From Candidatus Omnitrophota bacterium (lineage in GTDB: Bacteria > Omnitrophota > Gorgyraeia > JABMRN01 > RBG-13-46-9), in contig JABMQJ010000020.1 in NCBI GenBank assembly GCA_013203315.1, positions 77,079 through 141,078 of the forward strand: a DNA stretch of 64,000 nt. The letters run 5' to 3'. Below the pieces are notes generated by a model. That model saw only the letters and a list, made by a program, of their open reading frames with translations. It searched no databases and was not told the DNA's origin. Position 1 is the stretch's first letter; each line of letters opens with the position of its first letter. The translations under genes were made by a program, and so were the position numbers. Shown here in pieces: positions 59,219 to 64,000 of the stretch.

Positions 59219-60141
59219 GCTTGAAAACTACAATCGGGAAATTAGAACTAAAAAATCCGGTAATTCTTGCTTCAGGAACCTGTGGGTTTGGTAAAGAGAT
59301 AAAAAGCCTTATCGATGTAAACAAGCTTGGAGCTATTGTTACCAAAACCATCACGCTAAACAAAAAAGAAGGCAATCCACCACCCCGTATCGCGGAAACG
59401 GCAAGCGGATTACTGAATTCCATAGGCCTGGATAATGACGGGCTCAAAGATTTTCTCTTTGAAAAAATCTCATACCTTGGAAAGCTGAAAATACCCGTTA
59501 TCGTGAGCATAGCCGGTAATACCACAGAGGAATTTACAAAATTAACAAAAGAAATATCGAAAATACCATGCATAAAAGGTATAGAAATTAACCTTTCATG
59601 CCCAAACGTAATTCATAAGGGCACAAAATTTCCGTTATTAGCGCAAGATAAAAAAGCCACCGAAGCAATAATTGCAAAGCTAAGAAAAGTTACAAAAAAA
59701 ACCCTGATAGCGAAACTTTCGCCCAGCGTAACGGACATAAAAGAAATCGCAAAAGCCGCAGAGTCCGGCGGAGCGGACGCAATTTCCCTGGTGAACACAT
59801 ACCCCGGTATGCTAGTCGATATTTATACCATGAAACCAAAGCTCGGCGCGGTAACAGGCGGATTAAGTGGGCCCTGCATTAAGCCGCTGGCACTAAAATG
59901 CGTCTGGGACGCCTACAATACCGTTAATATACCTATCATAGGCATGGGCGGGATAATGACCTCAGGCGACGCGATTGAGTTTATCCTATGCGGGGCAAGC
60001 GCGATTCAGGTGGGAACGGCGAATTTCGTAAACCCAAAAGCACCGCTTGAAATTTTGGAAGGAATAAAGCAATATCTAAAGGAAAAGAAAGTAAATAGCA
60101 TAAAATCACTAATAGGAAAACTAAAAAATAATGAAAAATAA
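59212..60141 (+). CDS. pyrD: Dihydroorotate dehydrogenase catalytic subunit (class 1B)
   Basis: 309 aa. NPVILASGTCGFG, FMN-binding TIM barrel (IGMGGIMTSGDAIEFILCGASAIQVGTANF). Confidence 0.9.
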   Translation: MVSLKTTIGKLELKNPVILASGTCGFGKEIKSLIDVNKLGAIVTKTITLNKKEGNPPPRIAETASGLLNSIGLDNDGLKDFLFEKISYLGKLKIPVIVSIAGNTTEEFTKLTKEISKIPCIKGIEINLSCPNVIHKGTKFPLLAQDKKATEAIIAKLRKVTKKTLIAKLSPSVTDIKEIAKAAESGGADAISLVNTYPGMLVDIYTMKPKLGAVTGGLSGPCIKPLALKCVWDAYNTVNIPIIGMGGIMTSGDAIEFILCGASAIQVGTANFVNPKAPLEILEGIKQYLKEKKVNSIKSLIGKLKNNEK

Positions 60142-60793
60142 ACTAATCGTCGCTTTGGATGTAAATTCGTTTAAAAAAGCCAAGAAGCTAATTGATGAAT
60201 TGTCGCCTTATGTTAGTGTTTTTAAAGTAGGGAACGAGCTTTTTACAACCTGCGGTCCGAAAATAGTTAATTATATAAACAATAAGAAAAAAAAGGTTTT
60301 TCTCGACCTTAAGCTATTTGATATCCCCAATACCGTAAAAGGCGCGACTCTCGCAGCGGCGCAGCATGGCGCATTTATGTTAACACTTCACGTAATAGGC
60401 GGCGCCGACATGATGAAAGAAGCAAGAGAGGTTTTAAAAGGCAGGAAAAGAAAGCCGCTTCTTCTGGGGGTCACGGTTTTGACAAGCGCAGCCGGAAAGG
60501 GCGCCACGAAATGGGTAGGAAAGCTCGCGCTTGTCGCGAAAAAATCCGGTCTCAATGGAATTGTTTGCTCTGCTAAGGAAACCAAGGCTATCAAGAAAGC
60601 CTGCGGGAAGGATTTTCTTGTTATAAACCCAGGTATACGACCGGCGTGGGCCGCGAAAAATGATCAAAAAAGAGTGGCAACACCGGCTGAGGCAGTAAAA
60701 AGCGGCGCGAATTTTATTGTTGTTGGAAGGCCTATCACGCAGGCAAAAAATGTCATTACCGCGGCAAAGAGAATTTTGAGAGAACTAAAATGA
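60131..60793 (+). CDS. pyrF: Orotidine 5'-phosphate decarboxylase
   Basis: 220 aa. LIVALDV, FLDLKLFDIPNTV, GRPITQA. Confidence 0.85.
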   Translation: MKNKLIVALDVNSFKKAKKLIDELSPYVSVFKVGNELFTTCGPKIVNYINNKKKKVFLDLKLFDIPNTVKGATLAAAQHGAFMLTLHVIGGADMMKEAREVLKGRKRKPLLLGVTVLTSAAGKGATKWVGKLALVAKKSGLNGIVCSAKETKAIKKACGKDFLVINPGIRPAWAAKNDQKRVATPAEAVKSGANFIVVGRPITQAKNVITAAKRILRELK

Positions 60794-61359
60794 CTGAAAA
60801 AGAAATATTAAACATTTTTAAAGAAACGGGCGCGATTTTGCAAGGCCATTTTAAGCTTTCAAGCGGCCTCCACAGCAGCCAATATCTTCAATGCGCGCGC
60901 GTTTTACAATATCCCGAACACGCCGAAAAACTATGTAGAGCGCTTGCCGATAAGTTCAAGAACAATAAACCGGACGTTGTTATTGCCCCCGCGCTGGGAG
61001 GCATTGTAGTTTCATGCGAAGTTGCCCGGGCGCTAGGCGCAAAAAGCCTATTTACAGAACGTAAAGACGGCAAAATGGTCCTTCGCCGCGGATTCGAACT
61101 AACCCCTAAAGACAAAGTTTTGGTCGTAGAGGACGTTATAACGACAGGCCTTTCCACAAAAGAGGTCATAGAAGTCGTAAAATCGTTCGATTCAAACGTT
61201 GTCGGTGTTGGCTCTCTCATAGATCGCTCCAAAGGCGACATAGATTTCGGCGTGCGTTTCGAGTCCTTGCTAAAACTCGACGTACCCACCTTCAAGCCTG
61301 AAACCTGCCTTTTATGCAAGGACAAAATCCCGGTTACAAAGCCCGGATCCAGAAAATAG
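60790..61359 (+). CDS. pyrE: Orotate phosphoribosyltransferase
   Basis: 189 aa. PRPP-binding VLVVEDVITTGLST. Confidence 0.85.
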   Translation: MTEKEILNIFKETGAILQGHFKLSSGLHSSQYLQCARVLQYPEHAEKLCRALADKFKNNKPDVVIAPALGGIVVSCEVARALGAKSLFTERKDGKMVLRRGFELTPKDKVLVVEDVITTGLSTKEVIEVVKSFDSNVVGVGSLIDRSKGDIDFGVRFESLLKLDVPTFKPETCLLCKDKIPVTKPGSRK

Positions 61360-61360
61360 G

Positions 61361-61389
61361 TTGCAATCCCGAGCGGAATAACATATAAT
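61361..61389 (+). promoter_or_regulatory. Putative promoter of the V-type ATPase operon (TTGCAA-17-TATAAT)
   Basis: TTGCAA at 61361..61366, TATAAT at 61384..61389. GAGGA Shine-Dalgarno 6 nt before the ATG at 61434. Confidence 0.45.
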
Positions 61390-61433
61390 TTAACAAGGTA
61401 TATTAATATTACCGTATTAAAGTGAGGAAAGTC

Positions 61434-62069
61434 ATGGCAGAAGAACTAAAAGGCCTTATAGAAAAAATACAGGAAGAAGGCGTTAAAGCCGCCGAAGACA
61501 AGGCGCGCTTTATACAGGATAACGCGAAAGAAAAGGCCAAAGACATTATAGAATCAGCCGAAAAACAAGCCGAAAACCTTATTTCAGAAGCTAAAGTCAG
61601 GATCGCCAAGATGGAATCAGGCGGTAAGGATTCGCTGAAGCAAGCCGGCCGGGATCTCATACTTACCCTACACAAGGAAATCAACACCACGCTCGATAAA
61701 ATTATCGTATCCCAAATCCGCCAGGCGCTGGGCCCGGTAGAGCTCGCCAAAATAATCACTACAGCCGTCAAGGAATCCGGCGGCAAAGAAAAAAGAGACA
61801 TAACAATCTCGCTTAAAAGTGAAGATCTTGAAAAGATAGAAAAAAGCCTATTAAGCCAGCTTACAGCGGAAGCGAAAAATGACATAACCCTCAAAGGCTC
61901 AGGAGATATTCGGGGAGGTTTTATTATAAGCTACGACAAGGGGAAGTCTTATTATGATTTTACCGACCAGGCCCTTGCCGAATATATATCCGGTTATCTT
62001 AAACCGAAACTTGCGGAAATGCTGAAAGAAGTATCCCCCGCAGGCAAAAAAACAAAGAAAAGTGATTAA
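61434..62069 (+). CDS. V/A-type ATP synthase subunit E
   Basis: Coiled-coil, Lys/Glu-rich N-terminus (MAEELKGLIEKIQEEGVKAAEDKARFI...) followed by a globular C-terminal domain. Position immediately upstream of atpA. Start set at the ATG at 61434, not the upstream GTG. Confidence 0.7.
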   Translation: MAEELKGLIEKIQEEGVKAAEDKARFIQDNAKEKAKDIIESAEKQAENLISEAKVRIAKMESGGKDSLKQAGRDLILTLHKEINTTLDKIIVSQIRQALGPVELAKIITTAVKESGGKEKRDITISLKSEDLEKIEKSLLSQLTAEAKNDITLKGSGDIRGGFIISYDKGKSYYDFTDQALAEYISGYLKPKLAEMLKEVSPAGKKTKKSD

Positions 62070-62604
62070 TACATCCGGTTATTACACATATCTCCTATCA
62101 AGCCTTCCCGGGCTTCAGTTCGAAATGAAGCCGCCTTTTTCTTTCAATACATTTTTAGAAACCGTAAGTGGATCGATATCTGCAAACGATGTCGAAGTCA
62201 TCAAAACGAGTCTTGATCCGGCCGCATCCGCGCAAAACACCTCTCAGGCCATGTTAAAAAAGTGGCGCGCCTTCGATAACGCATTGCGAAACGAACTGGT
62301 TAAGATAAGGGCTGCGCGAAAACATCAAGACCCCGACAAATATTTGCGGGAGAACGAATACAGCGACCCACGCATAACTAATCTCGCGATGAACGCGTAC
62401 AAAAATCCATCAATTCTAGAATCAGAAAAGATATTGGACAAAGAAAAATGGGCCGCGCTGGATGAACTTATGGTGGGGCATTATTATGATCTAGATTCCT
62501 TGATCATTTACGCGCAGAAGCTTTTGATACTGGAAAAATGGGAACGCATCCGAACCGGCGACGCGCGTGCCTTGACGGAAAAAACATTACAAGCTACGGG
62601 TTAA
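62062..62604 (+). CDS. Hypothetical protein in the V-type ATPase operon, between the E and A subunits
   Basis: 180 aa, no confident domain. Occupies the slot held by a small conserved hypothetical in chlamydial and spirochaete V-ATPase operons (from memory). Confidence 0.4.
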   Translation: MINTSGYYTYLLSSLPGLQFEMKPPFSFNTFLETVSGSISANDVEVIKTSLDPAASAQNTSQAMLKKWRAFDNALRNELVKIRAARKHQDPDKYLRENEYSDPRITNLAMNAYKNPSILESEKILDKEKWAALDELMVGHYYDLDSLIIYAQKLLILEKWERIRTGDARALTEKTLQATG

Positions 62605-62610
62605 AAAAAT

Positions 62611-64000
62611 ATGGCATCGAAAAGAATAGGACGCATAGTAAAAATTAACGGCAACATGGTTACGGCCGAATTCTATACGTTCTGCGTGCAGAACGAGGTC
62701 GCTTATATTCTGCATGGCCAAGAACGTTTAAAAGCCGAAGTAATACGTATAAAGGGAAAAGCCGCTGAGATGCAGGTTTACGAAAATACAGGCGGCATCA
62801 AAATCGGGGAAAAAGTTGAATTTACCGACGAACTTCTCTCTGTCGAACTTGGTCCGGGCCTCCTGGGGCAGATATTTGACGGGCTGCAAAATCCGCTTCC
62901 GGCACTCGCAGAAAAAAGCGGTTTCTTTTTAAAGCGCGGTATCTATCTCGAGGCGCTTCCGGATAACGCCAAATGGGACTTTACCCCGATCGCTAAAAAA
63001 GGTGACTCAGTGCGTGCCGGGGATAAACTAGGGTTTGTCCCGGAGAAAAGATTTAAACATTATATCATGGCCCCGTTTGACCTCCGCGGCAATCTGGAAA
63101 TAACTAAAATAGCAAAAAAAGGAACGTATAATTTAAAGGAACCCATCACCGAGCTAAAAGACGAAGACGGAAAATTGCATGAAGTATTCATGCAACAGAT
63201 ATGGCCGGTTAAAATACCCATAACAGCTTACAGCGAGAAATTAAAACCGAAAAAACCACTTGTTACAAAAATGCGCGTAATCGATTCGCTCTTTCCAGTC
63301 TCGCGCGGAGGTACTTACTGCATACCGGGGCCGTTCGGAGCGGGTAAAACGGTATTGCAGCAATTGACAAGCCAGCACGCTGAAGCCGACATTGTCGTCA
63401 TAGCTGCTTGTGGGGAGAGGGCAGGAGAAGTCGTAGAAACGCTAAAAACCTTTCCCAAAATTAAGGACCCGAAAACCGGAAAACCATTGAGCGATCGAAC
63501 GGTTATAATTTGTAACACAAGTTCCATGCCTGTCGCGGCAAGAGAATCAAGTGTTTATACGGCAGTTACGATTGCGGAATATTACCGCCAGATGGGATTG
63601 AACGTATTGCTTCTGGCGGATTCTACGTCGAGATGGGCGCAGGCCATGAGAGAGATGTCCGGTCGCTTGGAAGAAATACCCGGCGAGGAAGCGTTCCCGG
63701 CGTATCTTGAATCACGAATAGCCTCGTTTTACGAAAGGGCGGGCGAGGTGAGGCTTCACGACGGAACCTTCGGCTCTGTTACTATCGGAGGGACAGTGAG
63801 CCCGGCAGGCGGGAACTTCGAAGAACCGGTTACGCAGGCTACCCTGAAAGTTGTCGGCGCTTTCCACGGCCTTTCGAGGGAGCGATCAGACGCAAGAAAA
63901 TACCCTGCCATCGATCCTTTGATAAGCTGGTCAAAATACAAAAGCTTTATCAACGATGCCGAGCTTCGCAAGGGCCACCAGATCTTGCGAAAAAGCCACG
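62611..64000 (+). CDS. V/A-type ATP synthase catalytic subunit A, 3' end cut by the window edge
   Basis: ATG at 62611. MASKRIGRIVKINGNMVTAE..., Walker A GGTYCIPGPFGAGKTV, ...SRWAQAMREMSGRLEEIPGEEAFPAYL. No stop before the window end, so it is absent from the ORF track. Confidence 0.9.
   Translation, partial: MASKRIGRIVKINGNMVTAEFYTFCVQNEVAYILHGQERLKAEVIRIKGKAAEMQVYENTGGIKIGEKVEFTDELLSVELGPGLLGQIFDGLQNPLPALAEKSGFFLKRGIYLEALPDNAKWDFTPIAKKGDSVRAGDKLGFVPEKRFKHYIMAPFDLRGNLEITKIAKKGTYNLKEPITELKDEDGKLHEVFMQQIWPVKIPITAYSEKLKPKKPLVTKMRVIDSLFPVSRGGTYCIPGPFGAGKTVLQQLTSQHAEADIVVIAACGERAGEVVETLKTFPKIKDPKTGKPLSDRTVIICNTSSMPVAARESSVYTAVTIAEYYRQMGLNVLLLADSTSRWAQAMREMSGRLEEIPGEEAFPAYLESRIASFYERAGEVRLHDGTFGSVTIGGTVSPAGGNFEEPVTQATLKVVGAFHGLSRERSDARKYPAIDPLISWSKYKSFINDAELRKGHQILRKSH

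Overview
The window is a low-GC bacterial chromosomal segment. Gene content (V-type ATPase, 2-oxoacid:ferredoxin oxidoreductase, DciA, YmdB-RNase Y, separate GlnRS and GluRS, a PVC/Omnitrophota-style pseudopilin) suggests an anaerobe of the PVC, Omnitrophota or Elusimicrobia type. Most of it is densely packed core genome around the replication origin. On the minus strand: gyrA-gyrB-dciA-dnaN-dnaA, with DnaA-box clusters on both sides of dnaA. On the plus strand: rpmH-rnpA-yidD-yidC-jagN, parA-parB, then a complete pyrimidine operon pyrR-pyrB-pyrC-[EndoQ-like PHP nuclease]-pyrK-pyrD-pyrF-pyrE, and the start of a V-type ATPase operon (atpE, hypothetical, atpA partial). Further back is a long minus-strand housekeeping block. 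It runs glnS/gltX with tRNAs, korDABG, dxs, ispA, xseBA, ymdB-rny, MTHFS, tlpA/ccdA, a DUF39 protein, rarA, then thrS-infC-rpmI-rplT-trkH-trkA-pheS-pheT, a tRNA array, a pseudopilin, coaB/coaC, rpoZ, gmk, yicC, ndk, fcl-gmd, rsmI, glmS, an EamA protein and a GT4. The first 6 kb looks accessory. It holds a partial ROK regulator, a secreted small protein with a GT87/DUF2029-like membrane glycosyltransferase, a REP-associated tyrosine transposase (RAYT) flanked by ~36-bp inverted repeats, a GT11 alpha-1,2-fucosyltransferase-like gene, and a 1.25-kb islet carrying one GT-C-like membrane protein, bracketed by a 47-bp direct repeat of the tRNA-Glu(CUC) 3' half. I found no CRISPR array, integrase, restriction-modification, toxin-antitoxin or other recognisable defence system. 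The most unusual items are the tRNA-bracketed islet, the inverted-repeat-flanked RAYT, the EndoQ-like nuclease inside the pyr operon, a promoter-driven structured RNA candidate upstream of rarA, and a parS-like 16-bp palindrome upstream of parA.
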